64,000 nt of DNA from assembly GCA_040767965.1 (NCBI GenBank), contig JAXGNR010000004.1, positions 576,001 through 640,000 of the forward strand, written 5' to 3'. Origin of the DNA: Atribacterota bacterium (GTDB lineage: Bacteria; Atribacterota; Phoenicimicrobiia; Phoenicimicrobiales; Stramentimicrobiaceae). This document shows positions 1 through 10,435 of this stretch, piece by piece. Every line of letters starts with the position of its first letter. Within the stretch, counting starts at the first letter, position 1. The notes under the pieces were generated by a model that did no database searches, was not told where the DNA came from, and saw nothing but the letters and a program-made list of their open reading frames with translations. A program made the position numbers and the translations under genes.

Positions 1-2
1 CT

Positions 3-1130
3 CCTGGACAGCAGATGATTAAAATTACCCATTCAGTGCTAACTGAAATACTTGGTGAATCTCAAAGCAAAATAGAAATTAAAGGAGAAAATGGAAATCC
101 ATTTGTAATTTTATTTATTGGTTTGCAAGGATCTGGAAAAACTACAACCTCTGCCAAACTAGCAAAGCAAATTAAAAATAAAGGGAATAGACCTCTTTTG
201 GTAGCAGCTGATAAAATAAGACCTGCTGCCATTGAGCAATTGCAGATAATGGGGGGGAAGGCTGATGTCGAAGTATTTTCTCGTGGCACTAATGAAGATG
301 TAATTTTGACTGTTGAAGCAGCAATGCAATACGCCAAAAATAATAAAAATGATGTTATTATAATTGATACAGCAGGCAGATTGCATATTGATAGTAAATT
401 ATTGCAAGAAATTAAAGAGATTAAAGAAAAATATTTAGTCCATGAGTCTATATTGGTCTTGGATTCCCTAATGGGGCAAGACGCTTTAAAGGTGGCAGAA
501 ACATTTAATAAAGAAATTGGTATCACCGGGTATATTTTAACTAAATTAGATGGCGATTCAAGAGGTGGAGTGACGTTATCCATTAAAGAAATGACTTCAG
601 TACCTATTAAATATGTAGGTGTAGGAGAAAAAGTAGAAGATCTTGAACCTTTTTACCCTGAAAGAATGGCTTCAAGGATACTTGGAATGGGAGATGCTGT
701 TTCGTTGATAGAAAAAATTGAAGCTAATTATAACAGAGATGAATTGAAAAAAATGGGGGAAAAGGAGTTTAGAGAGCAGTTTGATTTAAATGATTTTTAT
801 AATCAGTTAAAAAGAATAAAAAACATGGGGTCAATTGAAAAATTATTTGATATGATACCAATGCATGGTTTTGGAATACCAAAAAATGTTACTAAAAATA
901 TAGACGGCGGTGAAAAAGAATTAAACAAAGTAGAAGCAATAATATGTTCAATGACAAAAAAAGAAAAAAAAGAACCAGACATTATTAACGGAAGCAGAAG
1001 AAGAAGAATTGCCAATGGAAGCGGAACAAGTGTAAGTGATGTTAATCGTTTATTAAAACAATTTTTTAACATGAAAAAGATGTTGAAATATAGTTCAGGT
1101 AAACAAAAATTTACTTCATTTATGAGATAA
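3..1130 (+). CDS. ffh: Signal recognition particle protein Ffh (5' end truncated by window)
   Basis: GLQGSGKTT P-loop, DTAGR, TKLDGDSRGG, M-domain SRRRRIANGSG; frame open from position 3 (PGQQMIKI). Confidence 0.97.
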   Translation, partial: PGQQMIKITHSVLTEILGESQSKIEIKGENGNPFVILFIGLQGSGKTTTSAKLAKQIKNKGNRPLLVAADKIRPAAIEQLQIMGGKADVEVFSRGTNEDVILTVEAAMQYAKNNKNDVIIIDTAGRLHIDSKLLQEIKEIKEKYLVHESILVLDSLMGQDALKVAETFNKEIGITGYILTKLDGDSRGGVTLSIKEMTSVPIKYVGVGEKVEDLEPFYPERMASRILGMGDAVSLIEKIEANYNRDELKKMGEKEFREQFDLNDFYNQLKRIKNMGSIEKLFDMIPMHGFGIPKNVTKNIDGGEKELNKVEAIICSMTKKEKKEPDIINGSRRRRIANGSGTSVSDVNRLLKQFFNMKKMLKYSSGKQKFTSFMR

Positions 1131-1167
1131 AAAGATAAAAAATTAAGTTTGATAATTGGAGGAAAAC

Positions 1168-1422
1168 ATGTCAGCAAAAATTAAGTTAAGAAGAGAAGGA
1201 GCCAAAAAAAATCCTTCCTACAAAATCGTTGTTATTGACTCACGTAAGCCAAGAGATGGCAGGTTTATAAAAATGCTAGGATATTATCAGCCTACTAATG
1301 ATCCCTATGTTTTGAATATTGATAAAGAAGAAAGTTTAAAATGGATAAACCAGGGTGTCCAAATGACTAAAACTGTTGAAACCCTATTCAAAAAAAATGG
1401 ATTATTAAAAGAAAATAATTAG
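1168..1422 (+). CDS. rpsP: 30S ribosomal protein S16
   Basis: KIKLRREGAKKNPSYKIVVIDSRKPRDG; GGAGG SD before ATG 1168. Confidence 0.96.
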   Translation: MSAKIKLRREGAKKNPSYKIVVIDSRKPRDGRFIKMLGYYQPTNDPYVLNIDKEESLKWINQGVQMTKTVETLFKKNGLLKENN

Positions 1423-1436
1423 ACTTGGAGAACTGA

Positions 1437-1667
1437 TTGAAAAGTACAGTTGAATTTATAATTAAAACAATTGTCGAATACCCTGAAAAAGTAGAAATCG
1501 ATGAAATTAATACCGAAAATGCTACAATATTAAGAATAAATGCCAATTCCAATGATATTGGGAAAATAATTGGTAAAAATGGAAAAATAATTAAATCTTT
1601 AAGGGCTATAGCAAAGGCTGCTGCCATTAAAAATAATAAGAATATACTAATTGAAATTGCTGAATAA
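1437..1667 (+). CDS. khpA: KH-domain RNA-binding protein KhpA/YlqC
   Basis: 76 aa, GKIIGKNG (GxxG) loop, canonical position after rpsP; TTG start after GGAG. Confidence 0.9.
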   Translation: MKSTVEFIIKTIVEYPEKVEIDEINTENATILRINANSNDIGKIIGKNGKIIKSLRAIAKAAAIKNNKNILIEIAE

Positions 1668-1706
1668 ATATAATTCAGTACTGATAGGCAATAGGATTTA
1701 ATTAAT

Positions 1707-2477
1707 ATGAAAATAACAATCTTGACAATTTTCCCGGAGATGTTTGTTTCACCTTTTTCTGAAAGTATTATAAAACGGGCGCAAGATAAAAATCTTGTTA
1801 CAATTAACATAATTAATATTAGAGATTTTTCTAAAGATAAACATAGAACTGTTGATGACTATTCTTATGGTGGTGGCCCGGGTATGGTCCTGAAGCCTGA
1901 ACCGATAGTGGAAGCAGTTGAGTTTATAAATAAGAAAAAAGATAAAAAAATATTTTGTAAAAACAAAAAAATAATTGTCTCTTCCGCTCAGGGAAAACGA
2001 TTCAATCAGGAATTAGCAAAGGATATTGCCAAAAAAGATGAAATTATATTTATATGTGGCAGGTATGAAGGTATTGACGAAAGGGTTGTCAATATTTTAA
2101 ACGCTGAGGAAGTTTCAATTGGTGATTATGTTACAACTGGTGGTGAATTGCCGGTAATGATAATGGTAGATGTGATTATCAGGATGATACCTGGAGTTTT
2201 GGGAAAAGAAGAATCTTTGACAAATGATTCTTTTTACAATGGATTACTTGATTATCCCCATTATACACGTCCGGAAAATTATAAGGGATATAAAGTGCCA
2301 AGCATTTTGCTGTCAGGTGATCATGAAAAAATAGATCTCTGGAGAAAAAAACAATCTATTTTGCAAACTATTGTACGTAGACCAGACTTATTAGCTAATA
2401 GGAAATTTAAAAAAGACGAATTGCAAATATTAAACAACATAAAGAATGACAATAATAGGAAAGGAAAAAACTTATGA
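1707..2477 (+). CDS. trmD: tRNA (guanine-N1)-methyltransferase
   Basis: VDDYSYGGGPGMVL, CGRYEGIDER, SIGDYV, YTRP motifs. Confidence 0.97.
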   Translation: MKITILTIFPEMFVSPFSESIIKRAQDKNLVTINIINIRDFSKDKHRTVDDYSYGGGPGMVLKPEPIVEAVEFINKKKDKKIFCKNKKIIVSSAQGKRFNQELAKDIAKKDEIIFICGRYEGIDERVVNILNAEEVSIGDYVTTGGELPVMIMVDVIIRMIPGVLGKEESLTNDSFYNGLLDYPHYTRPENYKGYKVPSILLSGDHEKIDLWRKKQSILQTIVRRPDLLANRKFKKDELQILNNIKNDNNRKGKNL

Positions 2478-2806
2478 ATTATATAAATAAAATTGAAAAA
2501 ACGCAATTAAAAGAGGACAAGTTTGAAGCTAGCCCTGGAGATTTAATAGAGGTTTACCAAAGAATTGTTGAAGGTGAAAGAAAAAGAATACAGATTTTTA
2601 GAGGAATATTAATTGCCAAGAAACATGGTGGCAGTAGAGAAACTATTACTGTCCGGAAAGTTTCCAAAGGAATTGGTGTTGAAAAAATATTTCCTTTAAA
2701 CTCACCAAATATTGAAAAAATACAGTTGATAAAGAAAGGTAACTCCAGGAAAGCAAAGTTATATTATCTCAGAGACCGAATTGGGCAAAAAGGGTTGATG
2801 GCATAA
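2474..2806 (+). CDS. rplS: 50S ribosomal protein L19
   Basis: RIQIFRG, VRKVSKGIGVEKIFP, RKAKLYYLR. Confidence 0.96.
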   Translation: MNYINKIEKTQLKEDKFEASPGDLIEVYQRIVEGERKRIQIFRGILIAKKHGGSRETITVRKVSKGIGVEKIFPLNSPNIEKIQLIKKGNSRKAKLYYLRDRIGQKGLMA

Positions 2807-2844
2807 ATTTTATAATTAAAAAGGAACATTAAAATTAAGAATAA

Positions 2845-3561
2845 TTGAAAAATGACAGCTCAGTCAAAAAATTAAATAATTACAAAAAAAAGTTGATTTT
2901 TTACTATAAAGACAGAGTAAGAGTTGAAAGCTTAAAATTGCTGGAAAAAGAAAAAAAAGTTGCTGGCTATAAGATAATTGCTGGTATCGATGAAGCTGGA
3001 AGGGGTGCTCTTGCTGGCCCTGTTGTTGCTGCAGCTGTTATATTAAACAAAATTGATTCTTTTTACATTCCTGATCTAAAAGACTCAAAAAAATTAAACA
3101 AAATAACAAGGGAAAAAATATTCCAAAAATTACTATCAGACTTAAATAATATAATTGGAATAGGTATAGTTAGTTCAAAGATTATCGATAAAATTAATAT
3201 CAGACAAGCTTCTTTTTTAGCTATGAGAAGAGCTATATTTTATCTAGGGTTACTGCCTGATTTTCTTTTTGTAGATGGATTTAAAATACCATTTGTTAAT
3301 ATAAAACAAATAGGTATTGTGAAAGGTGAAGATAAAAGCATATCGATTGCTGCAGCTTCTGTAATAGCAAAAGTTTATCGAGATCAATTAATGAAGAAAT
3401 ATCATAACCTTTCTGGTTTTGATAAATATTTTTTTGATGTAAACTCCGGCTATGGTACCAAAAAGCATACAGAAGCAATTGTTAAATTCGGTCATTGCCC
3501 TATACATAGAATAACATTTAATAAAGTATTACCAAATAATGATTGCGATAAGCTCTTTTGA
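2845..3561 (+). CDS. rnhB: Ribonuclease HII
   Basis: GIDEAGRGALAGPVVAAA, DSKKL, SIAAASVIAKV, GYGT; exact start uncertain. Confidence 0.95.
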   Translation: MKNDSSVKKLNNYKKKLIFYYKDRVRVESLKLLEKEKKVAGYKIIAGIDEAGRGALAGPVVAAAVILNKIDSFYIPDLKDSKKLNKITREKIFQKLLSDLNNIIGIGIVSSKIIDKINIRQASFLAMRRAIFYLGLLPDFLFVDGFKIPFVNIKQIGIVKGEDKSISIAAASVIAKVYRDQLMKKYHNLSGFDKYFFDVNSGYGTKKHTEAIVKFGHCPIHRITFNKVLPNNDCDKLF

Positions 3562-3597
3562 AATGAATAATTATAATTTTTATTAGTTTGGTTTTAT

Positions 3598-3969
3598 ATG
3601 AAATTTACAGGAAGCAAAGGTGAAGATATTGCTTGTCAATATCTCATTAAGAATGGCTATAAAATCCTAGAAAAAAATTTTAAAGTATCTTTTGGTGAAA
3701 TCGATCTTATAGTTAATAAGAATAATATTATATGTTTTGTAGAAGTAAAAACAAGAAATTCATTAATATATGGATTACCAGAAGAGGCAATTACTGAAAA
3801 GAAAAAATCAAAAATAATAAAAGTTGCACAATATTATATAAAAAAGAAACATCTTTACAATTACCTATTCCGTTTTGATGTTATTTCTATCAAATTGAAA
3901 AATAATAACCTAGAAAATATTAAATTTATTAAAAATGCTTTTATGTATGAAAAATATAAATATATATAG
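3598..3969 (+). CDS. yraN: YraN family (UPF0102) PD-(D/E)xK nuclease-like protein
   Basis: GE..A..YL, GEIDLI, FVEVKTR, RFDVI. Confidence 0.92.
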   Translation: MKFTGSKGEDIACQYLIKNGYKILEKNFKVSFGEIDLIVNKNNIICFVEVKTRNSLIYGLPEEAITEKKKSKIIKVAQYYIKKKHLYNYLFRFDVISIKLKNNNLENIKFIKNAFMYEKYKYI

Positions 3970-3984
3970 ATTGCAGGTGTTTTT

Positions 3985-5523
3985 TTGATTTCAAAACTCC
4001 ATAGCACTGCTCTTTTTGGGGTAGATGCTTTTATTGTAGAAGTAGAAGTAGATGTTTCAAATGGATTACCCTCATTTAATATTGTGGGACTGCCTGATAC
4101 TGCAGTCCAGGAGTCAAAGGAAAGAGTCAGATCGGCAATACAAAACTCTGAATACCAATTTCCAATGCAAAGAATAACAATAAATTTAGCCCCTGCTAAT
4201 GTCAAGAAAGAGGGACCAGCATTAGATTTGCCTGTTGCTCTAGGAATTTTAGCTGCTAATAGGCAAATAAAAACATTTAATCACAACAAATTTATTATTA
4301 TCGGCGAACTGTCTTTAAATGGGCAGATAAGACCGGTTAATGGTGTATTGTCAATAGCGCTGATGGCAAGAAACAATAATATAAAAAATATTATTGTACC
4401 GGAAGAGAACGCCATTGAAGCGGCAATCATAGAAGGTATTAACATATTTCCGGTGCTAGATTTAAGGCAAGTAGTAAGATTTTTAAATGAAGAACAAAAA
4501 ATAGAGCCATTTAAAGCCAATAAGAAAGAACTAATGAAAAATAGCAATGTTTACCAGATTGATTTTTCTGACGTAAAAGGACAAAAACATGCTAAAAGAG
4601 CTTTAGAAGTAGCTTCTGCTGGCGGGCATAATGTTATAATGATAGGACCTCCGGGTTCCGGGAAAACTATGCTTGCAAAAAGAATACCAACCATATTGCC
4701 ATCATTAACTATAGAAGAATCAATTGAAATAACCAGGCTTTATAGTATTTCTAACCGTTCTAACTATGACTATCCGATTATCACTACCAGGCCTTTCAGG
4801 TCACCGCACCATACAATTAGCAATATAGGGCTGATTGGAGGAGGACGAATACCCAAGCCTGGAGAAATAAGTATGGCTCATAATGGTGTATTGTTTTTAG
4901 ATGAATTGCCGGAGTTTAACAGATCTGCTCTAGAGGCTTTGCGTCAACCTTTGGAAGATGGTGTAGTTACAATTGCCAGAACTTCAAGATCAGTAAAATA
5001 TTTAACACGTTTCATGTTGATTGCTGCTGCAAACCCATGTCCTTGTGGATATTTTAGTGATCCTGTAAAGCAGTGTAGTTGTACTTCTCATCAAATAAGA
5101 AGATATAGATCAAAAATATCAGGACCTTTGTTGGATCGAATTGATATCCAGATAGAAGTTCCCAGACTGGACTATAAAGAACTTTCCATAAACAATAATA
5201 ATAGTGAAGACAAATCCTCTGATATAAGAGATAGAATTGAAAACGCAAGAAATGTTCAGCGAAAACGTTTTATTAAAAGAAAGATATTCTGTAATTCGCA
5301 GATGAACCGCAAAGATATTGAAAAATATTGTGAATTAACTCAAAATGGATGGAAGTTATTAAATAATGCCATGGAAAAGTTAAAATTAAGCGCAAGGGCT
5401 TATGATAAAATATTGAAATTATCAAGAACTATTGCGGATTTGGAGTTAATTGAAAATATTGAAAGCAGACATCTTGCTGAAGCTATTCAATATAGAAGTT
5501 TTGACAGAGAAGATTTAATATGA
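3985..5523 (+). CDS. comM: ComM/YifB Mg-chelatase-like AAA+ ATPase
   Basis: VGLPDTAVQESKERV, GPPGSGKTM, RPFRSPHHT, LFLDELPEF, NPCPCGY. Confidence 0.94.
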   Translation: MISKLHSTALFGVDAFIVEVEVDVSNGLPSFNIVGLPDTAVQESKERVRSAIQNSEYQFPMQRITINLAPANVKKEGPALDLPVALGILAANRQIKTFNHNKFIIIGELSLNGQIRPVNGVLSIALMARNNNIKNIIVPEENAIEAAIIEGINIFPVLDLRQVVRFLNEEQKIEPFKANKKELMKNSNVYQIDFSDVKGQKHAKRALEVASAGGHNVIMIGPPGSGKTMLAKRIPTILPSLTIEESIEITRLYSISNRSNYDYPIITTRPFRSPHHTISNIGLIGGGRIPKPGEISMAHNGVLFLDELPEFNRSALEALRQPLEDGVVTIARTSRSVKYLTRFMLIAAANPCPCGYFSDPVKQCSCTSHQIRRYRSKISGPLLDRIDIQIEVPRLDYKELSINNNNSEDKSSDIRDRIENARNVQRKRFIKRKIFCNSQMNRKDIEKYCELTQNGWKLLNNAMEKLKLSARAYDKILKLSRTIADLELIENIESRHLAEAIQYRSFDREDLI

Positions 5524-5542
5524 AATTCTGAAAGGAAGAGAA

Positions 5543-6214
5543 ATGTCTAAAATTAAACTAGCTCCATCAATATTAAATGCAGATTTTTTCTGTTTAAAAG
5601 ATGTTGTCAAAATGCTGGAAACGGCAAAAGTTGACCTGATTCATCTTGATGTAATGGACGGTAATTTTGTTCCAAACATTACATTCGGGACAAAATTTAT
5701 AGAAGCAATAAAAAAAATAACATCCCTTCCATTAAGTGTACATTTAATGGTTGAGAATCCTGATGTACATATTAATGAATTTGCGAAAATAATTGACAAA
5801 AATGATGTTCTGATAGTTCATGTGGAAACTTGCATTCATTTAGACAGCACTTTGCAAACAATAAAAAAAGCAAATATAAAAGCTGGTATTGCCTTAAATC
5901 CAGCTACTCCATTAGAAAATGTTAAATATGTCTTAGAATATATTGATAATTTGCTTATTATGTCTGTGAACCCTGGTTTCGGTGGTCAAAATTTTATTCC
6001 TGTTATGATGAGTAAAATTAAAGAAGCAAGAATTATGATAGATAACGCTAAAAGAGGAATAGATATCCAGGTGGACGGAGGTATAAAGATCAATAATATT
6101 TTAGATGTTATTAAAGCTGGTGCAACCAATATAGTTGTGGGCTCAGACATATTCATGGCAGAAGATCCTCTGGCAAAAATAAAAAAATTAAAAGACCTCA
6201 TTCAAAATTATTAA
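5543..6214 (+). CDS. rpe: Ribulose-phosphate 3-epimerase
   Basis: APSIL, HLDVMDGNFVPNITFG, MSVNPGFGGQ, VDGGI. Confidence 0.96.
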   Translation: MSKIKLAPSILNADFFCLKDVVKMLETAKVDLIHLDVMDGNFVPNITFGTKFIEAIKKITSLPLSVHLMVENPDVHINEFAKIIDKNDVLIVHVETCIHLDSTLQTIKKANIKAGIALNPATPLENVKYVLEYIDNLLIMSVNPGFGGQNFIPVMMSKIKEARIMIDNAKRGIDIQVDGGIKINNILDVIKAGATNIVVGSDIFMAEDPLAKIKKLKDLIQNY

Positions 6215-6297
6215 TGAATTTTAATAATTTTGAATTGGCAATTTTTATTAAATAAATATTTAATAACAGCAAATTAATCTTTAAGCAGAGAAGAAAA

Positions 6298-7635
6298 ATG
6301 ATTAAAAAAATAGCAATTATTGGAAAAACTAATACTGGAAAGTCAACCTTGTTTAATCGCCTTATCGGTTATAGAAAAGCTATAGTGTTAGACGAAGCTG
6401 GGATTACTCGTGATCGAAATTACGGTGAAATGAGTTGGCAGAATAAGAAGTATGAGTTAATTGATACTGGTGGCTTGGATTATATTAGTAAAAATGAATA
6501 TATTCAGGAAAATATCCTTGAGCAAACAAAAAAGGCTATTCTGGAATCTGACTTAGCATTATTAATGTTAGATTTTTTAACAGGAGTACAGCAAGAGGAT
6601 ATTGATATTGCCAGGTTTATAAAAAAAGAAAATAAAAAATGCCTATTGGTAATAAATAAAAATGATATTAAAAAAAAATATCACTTCCCTGGGGATTTCT
6701 ATGTATTAGGAATGGGAGATCCTTTAATTATATCAGCTGAGCAAGGGAAAAATATTGGAAATTTATTAGATAAAATAGATAATATTTTATCTATGGGTAG
6801 CAAAAAAAACTTATATAATAATGAAGATACAGGCTATTGTGATTCCATAAAGGTAGCTATTATTGGAAAACCAAATGTTGGAAAATCAAGTATTATGAAT
6901 GCTTTACTAAATAAAAACAGACAGATTGTTGACGATAATCCCGGAACTACCCGTGACTCTATTGAGGATTTTATTAATTATAATAATTTTAAAATAAAAT
7001 TAATAGATACAGCTGGCCTCAGAAGAAAAAGTAATGTAAAAAATAAAGTGGAATATTATGGAAACGTGCGTACGCTTGACACTATAAAAGAAGCTGATAT
7101 TGCATTATTGGTACTTGATTCAAGTCAACATATAAGTATACAAGATAAAAGATTAGCAGAAAAGATTCTGGAAGAAAAGAAGGCTTTTATAGTAATTTTA
7201 AATAAATATGATTTAATTTCTAAAAATGCTGAAATAAGTACAGAAGAATTAATAAAAATAAGTCAGTACGATCTTAGGTTTCTCAAAGATGCCCCGATAA
7301 TTACTACTATTGCTATTGGAAAGAAAAAAAATATTTCAAAAATATTAAGTATAGTCGTTGATATTTATAGCAAATATAATAAAGAGATAAAAACTCCAGA
7401 ATTAAATAATTTCCTGCAGGTGATAGTAAATAAGAAACAGCCAAAAATCATTAATAATAGAAGGTTGCATTTTTATTATATTACTCAAGTAAAAGTCAAG
7501 CCACCCAGCTTCAGGGTATTTGTCAATGATGTAAATTTATTATATGAATCCTATAAAAGATATCTGGAAAATCAATTTATAAAACATTTTAAACTTGAAG
7601 GTATTCCTATTGTTATTTATTATAAAAAAAGATAA
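6298..7635 (+). CDS. der: Ribosome biogenesis GTPase Der/EngA
   Basis: Two tandem G-domains (GKTNTGKS..DTGG; GKPNVGKS..DTAG) plus KH-like C-terminus. Confidence 0.95.
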   Translation: MIKKIAIIGKTNTGKSTLFNRLIGYRKAIVLDEAGITRDRNYGEMSWQNKKYELIDTGGLDYISKNEYIQENILEQTKKAILESDLALLMLDFLTGVQQEDIDIARFIKKENKKCLLVINKNDIKKKYHFPGDFYVLGMGDPLIISAEQGKNIGNLLDKIDNILSMGSKKNLYNNEDTGYCDSIKVAIIGKPNVGKSSIMNALLNKNRQIVDDNPGTTRDSIEDFINYNNFKIKLIDTAGLRRKSNVKNKVEYYGNVRTLDTIKEADIALLVLDSSQHISIQDKRLAEKILEEKKAFIVILNKYDLISKNAEISTEELIKISQYDLRFLKDAPIITTIAIGKKKNISKILSIVVDIYSKYNKEIKTPELNNFLQVIVNKKQPKIINNRRLHFYYITQVKVKPPSFRVFVNDVNLLYESYKRYLENQFIKHFKLEGIPIVIYYKKR

Positions 7636-7693
7636 AATTACTGAACTAAAAAGTTTTTAATAAATTTTAGGACAATGAAAGACAAGAGGGAAA

Positions 7694-8305
7694 ATGATAT
7701 ATTTTTTACTATTATTCTCTGGTTATATATTAGGGTCAATTCCTTTTGGTTATCTGGTTGGAAAATATTTAAAGGGAATTGATATAAGAGAATACGGAAG
7801 TGGTAACATTGGCGTAGCTAATATATTTAGAGTTATGGGGTTAAAATATGCCTTTTTAGTTCTTTTAGGAGACTGTTTAAAAGGTTTTATTTCTATTTAC
7901 TTATCCCGCTGGTTTTTACCGGAAAACATTATTTTTTTACTGGCAGTAGGGTTAGCAGCCATTATTGGACATAACTGGTCAATCTTTTTAGGATTTAAGG
8001 GTGGGAAAGGAATTGCCACAACATACGGAGTAGTGCTGGCATTTTATCCCAATATTGCAATTATTTGTGCCTTGCTATGGGGATTTATAGTTGCGAAAAC
8101 AAAATTTGCTGCACTTGGCTCTATCGTTTCAGTATTATTTATGGTATTATTATCTTTTTTGTTTAAAACAATTGATTATTTTAGAATATTTACTATTATT
8201 GTTTTGTTGTTTGCAGTAATTAGGCATCAGGGTAATATTGTTAGATTAATACAAAAAAAAGAAAATAAAATTATAAATAAAAACAAAAATAATATACAAA
8301 AATAG
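7694..8305 (+). CDS. plsY: Glycerol-3-phosphate acyltransferase PlsY
   Basis: GSIPFG, GSGNIGVAN, GHNWSIF..FKGGKG, RHQGNI. Confidence 0.95.
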   Translation: MIYFLLLFSGYILGSIPFGYLVGKYLKGIDIREYGSGNIGVANIFRVMGLKYAFLVLLGDCLKGFISIYLSRWFLPENIIFLLAVGLAAIIGHNWSIFLGFKGGKGIATTYGVVLAFYPNIAIICALLWGFIVAKTKFAALGSIVSVLFMVLLSFLFKTIDYFRIFTIIVLLFAVIRHQGNIVRLIQKKENKIINKNKNNIQK

Positions 8306-8317
8306 GGAAAATTGTTA

Positions 8318-10435
8318 ATGAAAGAAAATCTCATTATTGTCGAATCACCAACAAAAGAAAAAGTACTTAAAGAAATATTAGGAGAAAAATATAGAATAAC
8401 CTCCAGCAAAGGTCATGTGAAGGACTTACCAAAATCAAGGCTTGGTATTGATATCGAAAAAGAATATGAGCCAACCTGGATTATAATACCTGCTAAAAGA
8501 ATCCTTGTGAAAAAATTAAAATCCCTGGCTGAAAATAAAGAAAATATATTTTTGGCTACTGATCCAGACCGGGAAGGAGAAGCAATATCATGGCATATTG
8601 CAACAGAGTTAAATATTGAAAACAAGGAATGCCGTATTGTATTTAATGAAATCACAAAAAATGCCATAGTGAATGCAGTTAATAATCCTAGAAAATTGGA
8701 TATGGATTTAGTAGATTCTCAAATTGCCCGCCGTTTACTGGATCGTTTGGTTGGTTATAAAGTAAGTCCACTTTGTTATAGATACACTAGAGGAAAAAGT
8801 GCTGGTAGGGTACAGTCAGTAGCTGTTCATTTGATAGTTAAAAGAGAAGAAGAGATCCAGGCTTTTCAGCCAAAAGAGTTTTGGAAAATAACTGTTCAGC
8901 TAGGCAAAAATAAAAGTGGAAAGATAAATTCCTTTGAAGCCTCTTTGACAACTAAAAATGGAGAAAAAATTGCAATTGAAAACAAAAAAAAGTCAGAGGA
9001 AATTTGTCATGATTTAAAAAAAAGAAAATATTTTGTCTCTGAAATACAGGATAAAAAAGAATATAAACATCCTCCTTTACCTTTAAGGACTAGCACTTTG
9101 CAGCAGATGGCATATAATAGGCTAAATTATTCTGTAAAAAGAACTATGAGAATTGCCCAACAATTATATGAAGGGATTGCTATAACGGGTCATGGCACTA
9201 TGGGATTAATTACCTATATGAGAACAGACTCTACCCGGATATCTGATGACGCAAAAATAAAAGCCCGGGAACATATAAAAAAATATTATGGAAAAGAATA
9301 TCTATCAACAAAAAAAAGTAACTTTTCAAAGAGGGGAAATAACCAAAAGATACAGGATGCTCATGAAGCAATTAGACCTACCAATATAGATTTTATTCCT
9401 GATTTAATCAAGGATAGCCTGACTAGTGAACAATTTAAAGTTTATAGTCTCATATGGGAATATTTTATAACAAGTCAGATGAAATCAGCTTTATTGGAAA
9501 GAAACAAAGTAAAAATAAAAGCAGAAGAATACGGTCTTGAATTAAATGGAACTAAAATATTATTTCCTGGCTATTTAAAAGTATTTGGAGAAAATGAAAT
9601 TGAAAAAAATATCATACCTGATTTAATTGCTAATGAGGAATTAGATTTATTAAAAATTCTTCCAAAACAGTCCTTTACAAAACCACCTGCAAGATATAAT
9701 GAAGCTAGCCTGGTAAAAGTATTAGAAAAAGAAGGTATTGGCAGACCAAGCACTTATGCTGTAATAATAGATAAAATTCAATCTAGAAATTATGTTGAAA
9801 AAGAAAACAAAACTTTTATACCTACAAATTTAGGAAAGACAGTTGATAAGTTTTTAGTAAATTACTTTTCTGATATCATCAATATTAAATTTACTGCTGA
9901 AATGGAAAATAGTCTTGACGAGATAGAAGCAGGCAAGCACCAGTGGAAAACAATGCTTGATAAGATTTATAAGATATTGTTGGAGGATATATCAAATCTA
10001 GATAAAAACCCTCCAAAATTATTGTTGCAACAAAGCAGAGAGATGACTGAAGAAAAATGTTCTGTTTGTGATAGTCCAATGGAAATTAAGAATGGCCCTT
10101 ATGGTAAATACCTATCTTGTTCTGAGAACCCAAGTAAACATCCAACCAGGCCTTATATGATTAAAGTGGGGATTCCTTGTCCGGAAAAGAAATGTGATGG
10201 TGAAATTATTAAAAGGAAAAGCAAGAAAGGCAGAACTTTCTATGGCTGCAGCAATTATCCAAATTGTAAATTTTTTTCTAATAAACTACCTGTGAATAAA
10301 AAATGTCCTAAATGTGACTCTATTCTAGTCAAAACTACAAGTAAAAAAAAGGGTGATTTTTACCAATGCATTTCGAGCAAATGTGACTACAGGGAAGAGA
10401 TAATTAAAAATGGAAAAAACGTTAGCGATAACTGA
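8318..10435 (+). CDS. topA: DNA topoisomerase I
   Basis: IVESP Toprim, ATDPDREGEAI, SAGRVQS, ITYMRTDS (catalytic Tyr), GIGRPSTYA, C-terminal zinc ribbons. Confidence 0.97.
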   Translation: MKENLIIVESPTKEKVLKEILGEKYRITSSKGHVKDLPKSRLGIDIEKEYEPTWIIIPAKRILVKKLKSLAENKENIFLATDPDREGEAISWHIATELNIENKECRIVFNEITKNAIVNAVNNPRKLDMDLVDSQIARRLLDRLVGYKVSPLCYRYTRGKSAGRVQSVAVHLIVKREEEIQAFQPKEFWKITVQLGKNKSGKINSFEASLTTKNGEKIAIENKKKSEEICHDLKKRKYFVSEIQDKKEYKHPPLPLRTSTLQQMAYNRLNYSVKRTMRIAQQLYEGIAITGHGTMGLITYMRTDSTRISDDAKIKAREHIKKYYGKEYLSTKKSNFSKRGNNQKIQDAHEAIRPTNIDFIPDLIKDSLTSEQFKVYSLIWEYFITSQMKSALLERNKVKIKAEEYGLELNGTKILFPGYLKVFGENEIEKNIIPDLIANEELDLLKILPKQSFTKPPARYNEASLVKVLEKEGIGRPSTYAVIIDKIQSRNYVEKENKTFIPTNLGKTVDKFLVNYFSDIINIKFTAEMENSLDEIEAGKHQWKTMLDKIYKILLEDISNLDKNPPKLLLQQSREMTEEKCSVCDSPMEIKNGPYGKYLSCSENPSKHPTRPYMIKVGIPCPEKKCDGEIIKRKSKKGRTFYGCSNYPNCKFFSNKLPVNKKCPKCDSILVKTTSKKKGDFYQCISSKCDYREEIIKNGKNVSDN

